From a virus (taxonomy: Duplodnaviria > Heunggongvirae > Uroviricota > Caudoviricetes), in the IMG/VR virus record IMGVR_UViG_3300028800_000057: a stretch of DNA of 64,000 nucleotides; one strand, 5' to 3'. The translations under genes and the position numbers were made by a program. Under the pieces are notes generated by a model. That model made no database searches and was not told the origin of the DNA. It was given only the letters and a program-made list of their open reading frames with translations. Shown piece after piece: positions 7,501 to 15,801 of this stretch; the first letter of the stretch is position 1; each line of letters begins with the position of its first letter.

Positions 7501-8370
7501 GTGGAAGATCCTATTGTCCAGAGAGTGGCCCGTCGTTTTCAAGCGGCTGCTCGTAAGAGACCTCTGGATCCAGAGAAGATGACAAAGCTCTTACTCTGGG
7601 TTCGAAAGAATCCAAAGCTAGGGAAAACACTCAAGGAGCTATGGCCAGTCTTCGACTATCTTGGTTGGACAATCGAGCCCCTCAGGGGAGGAACCAAGTT
7701 CACTGCCCCAAACGGAGCTGTATTCGAGACTGGAGTCTTCTTCGATTACATCGGGAGGGAGTACCTATTCATCATTCGAAACGCTGAGGGTGAGACCCTA
7801 GAGAAGTGGTTGACGAAGAATCACTTCCAGGATCAAGTACTCGAAGCTCTGCAGATGGAGTCCTACGAAGCTGAGACCGAGAGGAAGAAGCAAGAGCGTG
7901 AGGAGAGGGCTAGGGTTGGTAAGGCAACCTGCCCATGCTGCTTCAGGGCCTTCATGCTGCTGCCCAGGGCTAAGAAGGGTGACAGGTCGATGCCCGGGGT
8001 CGTCCTCCACGGGTACAAGCGTCCTGGCATAGGCTACCTCCAAGGAGAGTGCTTCGGCAACGGGTGGCCCCCCTTCGAGCTTAGCTCAGAGGGTACCAAG
8101 GAGTACCTCACGCACCTAGGTCCGATACTGAAGGGGCTGACTGAGTACTTGGGTCGACTCGAACGGGACGAAGAAGACACTCTGGTCATCGGTTTCATGA
8201 AGGCATATTACCGAAATGATACGCCTCCTTACGATTGGGATCGTTACCGAGAGATGGCAATCAGCCATCAGAAGGCTCAGGTTCGGGAAGTTACTCAGGT
8301 CATGGGGCTGGTTAGGAGCAAGTTGGGCTCTTGGGAGCCACACCCCGAGCGTTTAGAAATCAAGCTCTAA
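7501..8370 (+). CDS. hypothetical protein with RVAR(R)F leader
   Basis: 289-aa ORF with N-terminus MEDPIVQRVARRFQAA. Confidence 0.5.
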   Translation: MEDPIVQRVARRFQAAARKRPLDPEKMTKLLLWVRKNPKLGKTLKELWPVFDYLGWTIEPLRGGTKFTAPNGAVFETGVFFDYIGREYLFIIRNAEGETLEKWLTKNHFQDQVLEALQMESYEAETERKKQEREERARVGKATCPCCFRAFMLLPRAKKGDRSMPGVVLHGYKRPGIGYLQGECFGNGWPPFELSSEGTKEYLTHLGPILKGLTEYLGRLERDEEDTLVIGFMKAYYRNDTPPYDWDRYREMAISHQKAQVREVTQVMGLVRSKLGSWEPHPERLEIKL

Positions 8371-8690
8371 TAGTCGTCTTATGCTATTGTCCTGATGTGG
8401 AAGACCTGACTATCATCTCCAGAGTGTCCGCTCGTTTCGCTTCATCCACCCTTGCCAAAGGGGACCTTCTTAGGGTTTGGGTGAAGCGTGGTGACTGGTG
8501 GACAGAGATGCGTCGTGGAGTCCAGCTTGAAGTGAAAGCAGTCAATGGTGATGATATCACAGTCAACCACTACGGCTGGGCCACTTCCGGGTGGACAATG
8601 AAGTTACCCCCAGGCCAAGACTTGTCAGGAAAGTTCAAGTTAGAGGGTGATGCAAGGTTTCGTAGATCTCTTGTAGTTGATAAGGTCTGA
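8331..8690 (+). CDS. hypothetical protein
   Basis: 119-aa ORF. Confidence 0.35.
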   Translation: MGATPRAFRNQALIVVLCYCPDVEDLTIISRVSARFASSTLAKGDLLRVWVKRGDWWTEMRRGVQLEVKAVNGDDITVNHYGWATSGWTMKLPPGQDLSGKFKLEGDARFRRSLVVDKV

Positions 8691-8882
8691 GTGATGATAC
8701 CCTTGAGAGTTACTTGGTTCACGACCAAGCCGCTGACGGCGGCAAGGAGGAACCATGGCAAACTTCAAGAGACGGCATCGGCGCCGAGGTGGTATCAAGG
8801 GTTGTTGCGGAATGTGTATGCTCCGTAAGACTGATGGTCGACGGAACCACAGACGATTGACCCAACAAGAACTGGCAAGCAC

Positions 8883-9242
8883 TTGCTCCGAACGGGAGCA
8901 AGTGCAAGACCTTGGTGTAGCACGAGGATGGTGTACGAAGACATCCGCGAGTTGATGACCTCTATCATGGTGTACGTGAAAGAGAACCCGGGATGTGTCG
9001 TCGTCTCCGATGACACCCCCAAAGACTTACTCTTTGGGTTCACCTTGAGGGACATCAATCCATTCTTGCTAACTCGGCCCACCTGGAGAATCAGAACGAG
9101 GGACTTCAGGTCCTCAGTCGCTAAGATTCCGGACAAGCCTCGCGACATCCTGATCGATTACTTCTACTCTGGGTACAAGCGCCAGGTTCTGGCTAACCTA
9201 CTCACCAATAACGGGTCACCAGAGATGAGTATCTCGGTCTAA
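8883..9242 (+). CDS. hypothetical protein
   Basis: 119-aa ORF. Confidence 0.35.
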   Translation: MLRTGASARPWCSTRMVYEDIRELMTSIMVYVKENPGCVVVSDDTPKDLLFGFTLRDINPFLLTRPTWRIRTRDFRSSVAKIPDKPRDILIDYFYSGYKRQVLANLLTNNGSPEMSISV

Positions 9243-9277
9243 GGGTCGAAGTCCGGTAGCTTTAGCTTAGTTTTCAT

Positions 9278-9350
9278 GCCCCAGTAGCTCAGTGGATAGA
9301 GTGTCGGTTTCCTAAACCGAATGCCGCTGGTTCGAGTCCAGCCTGGGGCA
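9278..9350 (+). tRNA. tRNA-Arg(CCT)
   Basis: GCTCAGTGGATAGAG D-arm, anticodon arm TCGGT-TTCCTAA-ACCGA, T-arm GCTGGTTCGAGTCCAGC. Confidence 0.75.
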
Positions 9351-9351
9351 C

Positions 9352-9481
9352 CGCGGAGAATGCAGTAAGGACTACAATTAATCAGCGTGTCACGGGTTCG
9401 AGTCCCGTCGTCCGCTTCGGCGGATGTAGCTCAGTTGGCAGAGCAGCCGAACACAATGTCTTTGCGATTCTTGTCTCCGCA
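9352..9481 (+). ncRNA. tRNA-derived structured element: conserved motif, then T-arm plus 3' acceptor strand, then a 5' acceptor strand plus D-arm
   Basis: AGAATGCAGTAAGGACTACAAT motif, then T-arm ACGGGTTCGAGTCCCGT plus CGTCCGC, a 5-nt spacer, then GCGGATGTAGCTCAGTTGGCAGAGC, ending in TCTCCGC. That end is the exact complement of GCGGAGA at 9352-9358. Confidence 0.3.
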
Positions 9482-9487
9482 AACTAT

Positions 9488-9561
9488 TGCCCTCTGATGC
9501 TGCTTGGGTAGGCAGCCGGCTTGTCACGCCGGTGTTGACGGGTTCAAATCCCGTAGGGGGC
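9488..9561 (+). tRNA. tRNA-Asp(GTC)
   Basis: Acceptor GCCCTCT/AGGGGGC, anticodon arm CCGGC-TTGTCAC-GCCGG, T-arm ACGGGTTCAAATCCCGT, CCA follows. Confidence 0.7.
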
Positions 9562-9589
9562 GCCAATCTTTTAATGCTAGAACCATGGT

Positions 9590-10144
9590 ATGATCCTTCG
9601 TCTGCGTATTTTTGACTTCGATGGGACGCTCTTCAATAGTCCCCAACCACCGAATTGGTGGAAGGACCCCGCTGGGTGGTTCTACAGTATCGAGTCAATG
9701 ACCCCGCCGTGTCTCGCAGAGACACCCTCCGATGACTGGTGGATTGAATCAACCGTCAGTGACGTCAGAGACTCTCTGAGTGATAGGTCCAATTACGTGG
9801 TCCTACTGACAGGTCGCCAGTGGACGGTCTTCGCTGATAGGGTTCATGAGCTTCTGGAGCAGAAGAGTCTGAAGTTCGATGAGATTCACTTGTCGGACCG
9901 AGTTGATACTGTGGACTTCAAGGTCGAGTGTATCAAGAGGTTGCTTTCAGAGCACCCCACGGTTGAGGTCGTCGAGATGTGGGATGACATGTTAGATCGA
10001 ATCCCACCCTGTAGGGCTGCAGTCGATGGCGCCGGTGTCAAGTTCAAGCTCCACAAAGTGGACATGAAAGAGCGCAAGTCTCCTTGCACTGAAGATGAGT
10101 TTCTTACCAAGAAAGTAGTCTCACGCTACGCTTCCTTGGTGTAA
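9590..10144 (+). CDS. HAD-superfamily phosphatase
   Basis: Motif I FDFDGTLF, motif II LLTGR and a C-terminal DD motif (MWDDMLD). Confidence 0.55.
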   Translation: MILRLRIFDFDGTLFNSPQPPNWWKDPAGWFYSIESMTPPCLAETPSDDWWIESTVSDVRDSLSDRSNYVVLLTGRQWTVFADRVHELLEQKSLKFDEIHLSDRVDTVDFKVECIKRLLSEHPTVEVVEMWDDMLDRIPPCRAAVDGAGVKFKLHKVDMKERKSPCTEDEFLTKKVVSRYASLV

Positions 10145-10148
10145 ATAT

Positions 10149-10220
10149 AGGGGTATCTTTCAATTGGTAGGAAAGCGGTCTCCAAAACCGCCAATCGTGG
10201 TTCGAGTCCACGTGCCTCTG
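10149..10220 (+). tRNA. tRNA-Trp(CCA)
   Basis: Anticodon arm GCGGT-CTCCAAA-ACCGC, T-arm CGTGGTTCGAGTCCACG. The acceptor is paired using G-U pairs. Confidence 0.65.
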
Positions 10221-10230
10221 CAAAGTATCT

Positions 10231-10422
10231 ATGAAACATCCTTGTGCTTGGTGCGGACAACGACCTGTTGTCTATCGAGGTACTGAGTACTGTAGCTATC
10301 AGTGCTGGGTCGACTCCTTGCACGCGGTTCAAGGTGAGCCCGTTCGAGAAGACCCACCACCCCCTAAGCTGAATGGTGTAGTTCAACTTGACTTGTTTGA
10401 AAAGCTCATGCATACTCTATGA
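10231..10422 (+). CDS. small Cys-containing hypothetical protein
   Basis: 63-aa ORF with CAWCG...CSYQC. Confidence 0.3.
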   Translation: MKHPCAWCGQRPVVYRGTEYCSYQCWVDSLHAVQGEPVREDPPPPKLNGVVQLDLFEKLMHTL

Positions 10423-10428
10423 GCCTAT

Positions 10429-10499
10429 TGGGATATCGTCTAATGGTAGGGCAGCGGACTCTGAATCCGTCTATCCAGGTTCAAGTCCTGGTATCCCAA
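10429..10499 (+). tRNA. tRNA-Gln(CTG)
   Basis: Acceptor TGGGATA/TATCCCA, anticodon loop CTCTGAA, T-arm CCAGGTTCAAGTCCTGG. Confidence 0.7.
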
Positions 10500-10526
10500 C
10501 TAACTTACCTATGAGCTACTGACTAG

Positions 10527-11012
10527 GTGGACCGCCTAATCAGAAGAATTGTTGCTCGGTGGAACTTCAAGGTCGCTATGTCGGGGTACCGCCCCGATAT
10601 TCCACAGTGGGTCTTTGATCGGTACGCGACCAGAGTATCTTTTCAGGGTAACCCGCAGATTGATCGTGAGCTCCTCAACGAGGGTAGAGAATCAATTAGT
10701 GCTCTTCTTCCTAGCTTTCTTTCAGTACTTAGGAGGTCACTAGGGGACCGGTACTCGATGAACTCGAGTCAAACCTCGACTGACATGTTCTACTTCTTTG
10801 CTCCGCCCCAGCCAATTGACTCTATTGCGATGCACCTAGGGAGTCATGGGGGCAAGCTCAGGTTGGATTTGAGTTACTTGCCACGTGATCTTAAGGGTGG
10901 GATCAACCTATCCAAGATTGTGGAACTCATGGAGATCATCGAAGACCCTGAGTTGGTTGGGCTTCACATGATGCGCATGATTAAGAAGCTCATGGCTAAG
11001 ATTCGTAAGTAA
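10527..11012 (+). CDS. hypothetical protein with RIVARW leader
   Basis: 161-aa ORF with N-terminus MDRLIRRIVARW. Confidence 0.45.
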   Translation: MDRLIRRIVARWNFKVAMSGYRPDIPQWVFDRYATRVSFQGNPQIDRELLNEGRESISALLPSFLSVLRRSLGDRYSMNSSQTSTDMFYFFAPPQPIDSIAMHLGSHGGKLRLDLSYLPRDLKGGINLSKIVELMEIIEDPELVGLHMMRMIKKLMAKIRK

Positions 11013-11014
11013 AT

Positions 11015-11087
<73 letters not shown>

Positions 11088-11091
11088 CTAA

Positions 11092-11337
11092 GGGCGGGAT
11101 AGCCTAAACTGGATAGGCACCATAAAAAACGGAATGTGTATGGGCTGTGATGGCCCCAACGCAAGACAGGAGGGAGGGGAGCTAGGTAGGGCGTCGCTCG
11201 GACCTAGACAACTCCGGATGGTCTCGGGCAAGGTTGCGGATGCACCGAATGGCAGTGAGATCCACGGTCGCTAGGGAAGCGCGTTTCCTAAGAGCCCTTT
11301 GTGTTGAGTGCGGGTTCGATTCCCGTCCCGTCCACCA
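11092..11337 (+). ncRNA. tRNA-like element with a roughly 170-nt internal insertion (intron-containing tRNA or other structured RNA)
   Basis: 5' GGGCGGG plus a D-arm-like segment at 11092-11118. 3' T-arm GCGGGTTCGATTCCCGT plus CCCGTCC-A-CCA at 11305-11340. The two ends are fully complementary. Confidence 0.3.
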
Positions 11338-11515
11338 ATCTTCTTCTTGTGGTTTAGCTGAGGTTACTATGGAAGAGATCTTGAATCAGCCGAAGGCTGA
11401 ACCCAAGAAGGAACCAAACGTTCAAGTTTGTGGTTATTGCAATGGTTGGTGCCATCAAGGTGAGTATCTTCATCATGACCTTGATTGTCAGCGTCCGGAT
11501 CAGAACAATTGATAT

Positions 11516-11587
11516 GGGGCCATCGTCCAATCGGGAGGACACTAGCTTTGCAAGCTAGGAACGTCGGTTCGACTCCGTCTGGTTCCA
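11516..11587 (+). tRNA. tRNA-Ala(TGC)
   Basis: Anticodon arm CTAGC-TTTGCAA-GCTAG, T-loop TTCGACT, CCA follows. Confidence 0.7.
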
Positions 11588-11668
11588 CCACTAATCAAGT
11601 AGGTCGCCTCTCTTGTACGGAGAGCTGGTAAGAGTGAGGGTAGCATCGCCACACTTGATTAGCATTAT

Positions 11669-11741
11669 GGGGCTGTAGCTTAGTTGGGAAAGCGTTTCCC
11701 TCGCACGGGAAAGATTGAGAGTTCGAATCTCTTCAGCTCCA
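11669..11741 (+). tRNA. tRNA-Ala(CGC)
   Basis: Acceptor GGGGCTG/CAGCTCC, anticodon loop CTCGCAC, T-arm GAGAGTTCGAATCTCTT. Confidence 0.55.
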
Positions 11742-11747
11742 CAATAT

Positions 11748-11820
11748 GCTGGTGTAGCTCAATTGGTAGAGCTCCTGCCTTGTAAGCAGGGGGTTGCGGG
11801 TTCAAGTCCCATCACCAGCT
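11748..11820 (+). tRNA. tRNA-Thr(TGT)
   Basis: Acceptor GCTGGTG/CACCAGC perfect, GCTCAATTGGTAGAGC D-arm, anticodon arm CCTGC-CTTGTAA-GCAGG, CCA follows. Confidence 0.75.
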
Positions 11821-11829
11821 CCAATCAAT

Positions 11830-11902
11830 GCGGGAGTAGCTCAGTTGGTAGAGTATTTGCTTCCCAAGCAAAATGTCGAGGGTTCGATTCCCTTCTCCCG
11901 CT
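11830..11902 (+). tRNA. tRNA-Gly(CCC)
   Basis: Acceptor GCGGGAG/CTCCCGC, anticodon arm TTTGC-TTCCCAA-GCAAA, T-arm GAGGGTTCGATTCCCTT. Confidence 0.75.
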
Positions 11903-11927
11903 CTGTTTCATCACCCCTTGTCTCGTA

Positions 11928-11951
11928 TGAGAATGCCGGTGGAACTACATT
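11928..11951 (+). promoter_or_regulatory. conserved post-tRNA motif, copy E
   Basis: GAGAATGCCGGTGGAACTACATTT, 25 nt after tRNA-Gly(CCC) and about 50 nt upstream of ORF 12000. Confidence 0.4.
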
Positions 11952-11999
11952 TCCAGGGTCGTCCAATCGAACTAAGGACACTGGCCTGATTCGCCAGAA

Positions 12000-12398
12000 A
12001 TGCTGGTTAGAGCCCAGCCCCCGGAGCCTAACCCTCTCGGTGTACTGGTCAGTGTGGTATACCGAATGGACTTTCTAGAGCTACCAAACGATCGTAAGCT
12101 TTTTGCTGAGCACCTCGTCACCTTCCTCAACGAGTGCTTCAAGACTGACCCTGAGGCTATCAAGTCCCTGTTCGCTCATCGAGTACCGGTGAACGAGGCT
12201 ATGGCAGACCACCCAACGGTCCAAGTGTCCCCAGGGGACCCTCCGACAATGAGCATCCTCGGTCTCCTCAATGGCTTCGTGGGTGTTATTCCGGGTACAG
12301 ACTCAATCGGGTATGTCTGTGGGAACTACGACGATGAGGACCACGACAAACTACTTGGCTTTAGCGTTCACAAGAAGGCAATAGAAGCCAATGGCTGA
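12000..12398 (+). CDS. hypothetical protein
   Basis: 132-aa ORF. The start is uncertain. Confidence 0.4.
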   Translation: MLVRAQPPEPNPLGVLVSVVYRMDFLELPNDRKLFAEHLVTFLNECFKTDPEAIKSLFAHRVPVNEAMADHPTVQVSPGDPPTMSILGLLNGFVGVIPGTDSIGYVCGNYDDEDHDKLLGFSVHKKAIEANG

Positions 12399-12870
12399 TC
12401 AAGCGGCACTCTCCGACACTAAGTGGGTGTTCCCTCTCTCAGAGGGTTTCCACCAGAAACCTAATAATGATGAGGACTCACCTCTAGCAAAAGAGTTCAA
12501 GTCTTTCTTCCCTGATGGCTTCGTGCCTGATCAGAAAGCTGAGTACATTGTATTCAGGTTTGAGAACGAGGACGGGTCCTATTGGGGCGGTGAGGACATT
12601 GACTTGAAGGCTCGATTTGATGAGTTCTTCAAGTGGGGGTTCCGAAGTCCCAGGGATGGTTCAATTCTCCCTATGCTTTGGCAAAGGCCGGCTTGGCTTA
12701 CCCTCCGAGCTTGGCAGCTCCTCAGGTTGTCCGTATCCCATAGGAACTGGGATGACATACCGCCCAGTGAGTTGACTATAAAGATCCTGCAAGCTAGGAA
12801 AGACTACTTCGACAAAGGGATGTACAAAAAACATGGTTTCCCCGTTCGTTTGATCATCACTTTAGAGTAA
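12391..12870 (+). CDS. hypothetical protein
   Basis: 159-aa ORF overlapping the upstream stop codon. Confidence 0.45.
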   Translation: MADQAALSDTKWVFPLSEGFHQKPNNDEDSPLAKEFKSFFPDGFVPDQKAEYIVFRFENEDGSYWGGEDIDLKARFDEFFKWGFRSPRDGSILPMLWQRPAWLTLRAWQLLRLSVSHRNWDDIPPSELTIKILQARKDYFDKGMYKKHGFPVRLIITLE

Positions 12871-12874
12871 CTAT

Positions 12875-12947
12875 GCCCATGTAGCACAGTTGGTAGTGCG
12901 CATCCTTGGTAAGGATGAGGTCATCGGTTCGATTCCGATCCTGGGCT
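12875..12947 (+). tRNA. tRNA-Thr(GGT)
   Basis: GCACAGTTGGTAGTGC D-arm, anticodon arm CATCC-TTGGTAA-GGATG, T-arm ATCGGTTCGATTCCGAT, CCA follows. Confidence 0.7.
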
Positions 12948-13064
12948 CCACAATCCTTGTATTCCGAAAAACTTCATGCTAGGGTTGTCTCCTACTCAAC
13001 GGGCCATCGTTGAGTAGTGGTGGAGGGTAGCCGGGAACGGCCGCCCCTAGCGAAGCCCGATGCA

Positions 13065-13092
13065 AGTCGGGCTTTCGTCTTTCTATGCGGGT
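13065..13092 (+). terminator. rho-independent terminator-like hairpin plus T-run
   Basis: GCCCGA-TGCAAG-TCGGGC followed by TTTCGTCTTTCT. Confidence 0.4.
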
Positions 13093-13159
13093 AACTCCTC
13101 AATGGTGAGGTGCTTCGTTGCCAACGAAGACCCGGCGGGTTCGATCCCCGCTACCCGCT
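13087..13159 (+). tRNA. tRNA-Gly(GCC)
   Basis: Acceptor GCGGGTA/TACCCGC perfect, anticodon arm CTTCG-TTGCCAA-CGAAG, T-arm GCGGGTTCGATCCCCGC. Confidence 0.7.
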
Positions 13160-13187
13160 CTAAACCTCTTATGGTAGGTTCCAGAGT

Positions 13188-13823
13188 ATGACTCGCGAGC
13201 TGATCGCCTTCCAAGACGCCCTGATTGCCGATAGTGTTGCAACTCGCTTCGTCGAAGCGAGTATCAAGACTCACAAGACGGCAAGCGTCAGCAAGCCGTT
13301 GTATGGCCATGATTCGATGACCAATGCTTTCGTGGTTGACGACTACCCGTACGGCTACCGCCTTCGATGCAAGATTCGGTACTGGGTAGAGTTCAACCCA
13401 ACCAAGGGCTATCGGATGTTTAGTCAGACCACGAATCCCAAGATTACGGGAAAAGAGGTTTGGAACAAGCCAAAGGCTTCAACGTTTACTGAGTTGGCAG
13501 GTTGTCTCTACTTGGATTCGAGTGACAAGGTTCAGTTCGGAACCCTCGGGATATACTCAAGTGCTGAGCAGTGTCTTGAGTTCATGAAGGACTTCCCCAA
13601 GTTCGAGGGTACCAAGAGATTGGGTATTTGGGCCGTCAAGAAGCTAGAGTTCTGCTACAAGATGATGACGGGGAAGGCTCACTGGGTTGTCAATGAGGTG
13701 AAGCAAGAGACCAGTGACTCCGACAAAGGTCGGTATCGAGATGAGGCCAAGCAGTGGTCACAGCTTGCCAAGAAGCTTGGTCAGAACTATCCGGATTTCG
13801 TAGACGAGGAACTAGGCCTGTAG
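13188..13823 (+). CDS. hypothetical protein with VATRFVEA leader variant
   Basis: 211-aa ORF. Confidence 0.5.
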   Translation: MTRELIAFQDALIADSVATRFVEASIKTHKTASVSKPLYGHDSMTNAFVVDDYPYGYRLRCKIRYWVEFNPTKGYRMFSQTTNPKITGKEVWNKPKASTFTELAGCLYLDSSDKVQFGTLGIYSSAEQCLEFMKDFPKFEGTKRLGIWAVKKLEFCYKMMTGKAHWVVNEVKQETSDSDKGRYRDEAKQWSQLAKKLGQNYPDFVDEELGL

Positions 13824-13854
13824 CAGGGTATCGGGTTCCTCGTTTTAGTTACAT

Positions 13855-13927
13855 GTCGAGGTTCCCGAGTGGTAAGGGCGCGGTCTGCAAAACCGTAGTT
13901 TCGTCAGTTCGATCCTGACCCTCGACT
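13855..13927 (+). tRNA. tRNA-Cys(GCA)
   Basis: Acceptor GTCGAGG/CCTCGAC perfect, anticodon loop CTGCAAA, T-arm GTCAGTTCGATCCTGAC. Confidence 0.65.
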
Positions 13928-13931
13928 CTAT

Positions 13932-14004
13932 GCGGACATAGCTCAATTGGTAGAGTTTCTGCCTTCCAAGCAGATCGTTGAGGGTTCGAGTCCCTTTGTC
14001 CGCT
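13932..14004 (+). tRNA. tRNA-Gly(TCC)
   Basis: GCTCAATTGGTAGAG D-arm, anticodon arm TCTGC-CTTCCAA-GCAGA, T-arm GAGGGTTCGAGTCCCTT, CCA follows. Confidence 0.75.
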
Positions 14005-14008
14005 CCAG

Positions 14009-14034
14009 GGAGAATGCTTGCTCGGAAGTACATT
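14009..14034 (+). promoter_or_regulatory. conserved post-tRNA motif, copy F
   Basis: GGAGAATGCTTGCTCGGAAGTACATT after tRNA-Gly(TCC), upstream of ORF 14158. Confidence 0.4.
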
Positions 14035-14157
14035 TAGTTCAAACCTGAAATCCCCCCGCTACTTATGGGGGATCGCCTTATGGAGGCATCTTTCGGCTTC
14101 TCTTGTCTCCCTCAGTCTAATGAACTTATCCAGTGGGTAAGTGTGTTTGATGACCTA

Positions 14158-14982
14158 ATGACCCTTCGTGTTGCGGCTCGGTACGTTCGAGCACGAGCGA
14201 AGATATCACTTAGTACTGGGGAGGATGACGAGACCCAACGAAAGGGTAAGATCCCTCCCAGGTGGAAAGAGTGGTTGGACCTTACACAAGAAGGGGGTAA
14301 GCGTAAGGTTCCTAACCCAAGTGCAGATCCTCAGTCTCGTGAGAGAAACTCGGAGGTTTCCTTCAGTACAGCTCTAAAGAACCCTAGCTTTTATGGCAAG
14401 GCACTCAAGGAGTACTACAACTGGGTAGGGAAGCAGGACGATAAGGGTGGTACTTCACCAAAGAAGCCAACGCCTTCTGAAGAGTCCACTTCAGATGCTA
14501 AGCCCAAAGAAGAAGACTCAAAACCAAAGTCCAAGGGTGATGATTCGAAAGATACTGCTCCGTCCAATCCTTTAGAGTTGGACGACAAGCGACTAGACGC
14601 TATCATCGAGGAGAATAAAGAGCACTTTGACCAGATCACGAAAGAGATGACTGAGTCGGTTAAGGGGTTTAAGTCTAGTCACATGAAGAAGCGCTACCCC
14701 GGGGATCGGTACCCAAGCCTCTTCAAGAAGGCTTTTGATCGACTCACTCCTCAAGAGCAAGCACTCTGGGCTGGTGGGGATAAGCTAGGCAAGCACTTCC
14801 AAGACTACATGTCTAAGAAGGATGCTGAGGGTCAACGAGTAGGTCGAGGTGCTGTTGCTGGTTGGAGGATTGCAGGTGATTTCACTGAATCTGAATCAGC
14901 TCAGAACTTAATTGGTATGGTTGAAGCTTGGGGCATCAAGGGTTGCCAGCAGTTCAACCTGAACTTGACTAAAGTTACTTGA
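14158..14982 (+). CDS. hypothetical Lys/Asp-rich protein with RVAARY leader
   Basis: The ORF track starts at 14065. The leader consensus points to the internal start MTLRVAARYVRA. Confidence 0.45.
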   Translation: MTLRVAARYVRARAKISLSTGEDDETQRKGKIPPRWKEWLDLTQEGGKRKVPNPSADPQSRERNSEVSFSTALKNPSFYGKALKEYYNWVGKQDDKGGTSPKKPTPSEESTSDAKPKEEDSKPKSKGDDSKDTAPSNPLELDDKRLDAIIEENKEHFDQITKEMTESVKGFKSSHMKKRYPGDRYPSLFKKAFDRLTPQEQALWAGGDKLGKHFQDYMSKKDAEGQRVGRGAVAGWRIAGDFTESESAQNLIGMVEAWGIKGCQQFNLNLTKVT

Positions 14983-15177
14983 CTCCGCTCGTCTCATAGA
15001 TAATCATCCTATCAGATCGGATGTACATGAAGATGAAAGTGGTTCGAGTCTCGGCCACTGAGTTCGAATTGGAAGACGGTAGGGTATTTCCCCACGTCAC
15101 CCCACTCGAACCGGTTCCGACCCCCGAAGAGTTTCAAGTACATTACGACCTTTGGTCAGATCGGTTGAAGCGAAAGG

Positions 15178-15801
15178 ATGTCCCATGGACTTGTCTCGCT
15201 CAAAAAAGCGGCTGAAATCCTTGGTTGCGGAACCTCCACACTTCGAACTTGGGATAAGAACAAGAGCCTCGTAGCCGTTCGAACTCCTGGTGGTCAGCGC
15301 CGATACCGCACTGAAGACCTCGACCGCTTCCAGGGAATCATCAAGAAGACCTCCAAGAAGTCGGAGTCCGTGGCAGTCTACGCTCGTGTTTCTAGTCACG
15401 AGCAGAAGGCTAAAGGAGACCTCGACCGCCAGAAGGGAAGGCTTCTAGAGCATTGCGTCAAGCAGAGCTACTCGGTGACCCACGTCATGGAGGAGGTTGG
15501 ATCTGGGATGACGGACACTCGGCCGAAGATGCTACGGCTTCTTGAGCTGGCAACGAGGGGCGAGATTGGGCGAGTGGTTATCGAGCACAAAGATCGGTTA
15601 GCTCGGTTCAATTTCAACATATTCCAGAAGTTCTTCGAGAGTCACGGTGTACAGGTTGAATGGCTGGAAAACGTGCTTCCGAAGTCTTACGAGGCGGAAC
15701 TCGTTGAGGATATGGTCAGCCTTATGTCCAGCTTCTCAGCCAAAGTATATGGGAAACGCTCTGCTGAGAACCGCCGAAAGAAGAAGGCTGAAGCGGCATG
15801 A
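15178..15801 (+). CDS. tnpA: IS607-family TnpA (serine recombinase with N-terminal MerR-like HTH)
   Basis: An N-terminal HTH (AAEILGCGTSTLRTW) followed by a resolvase catalytic core (YARVSSHEQ...DRQ...R). Sits immediately upstream of, and overlapping, a TnpB gene. Confidence 0.7.
   Translation: MSHGLVSLKKAAEILGCGTSTLRTWDKNKSLVAVRTPGGQRRYRTEDLDRFQGIIKKTSKKSESVAVYARVSSHEQKAKGDLDRQKGRLLEHCVKQSYSVTHVMEEVGSGMTDTRPKMLRLLELATRGEIGRVVIEHKDRLARFNFNIFQKFFESHGVQVEWLENVLPKSYEAELVEDMVSLMSSFSAKVYGKRSAENRRKKKAEAA

Noticed and set aside
11715-12078. 71-aa and 94-aa plus-strand ORFs
   Set aside because: They overlap three consecutive well-formed tRNAs (Ala, Thr, Gly).
13845-14033. 62-aa minus-strand ORF
   Set aside because: It is antisense to tRNA-Cys and tRNA-Gly(TCC).
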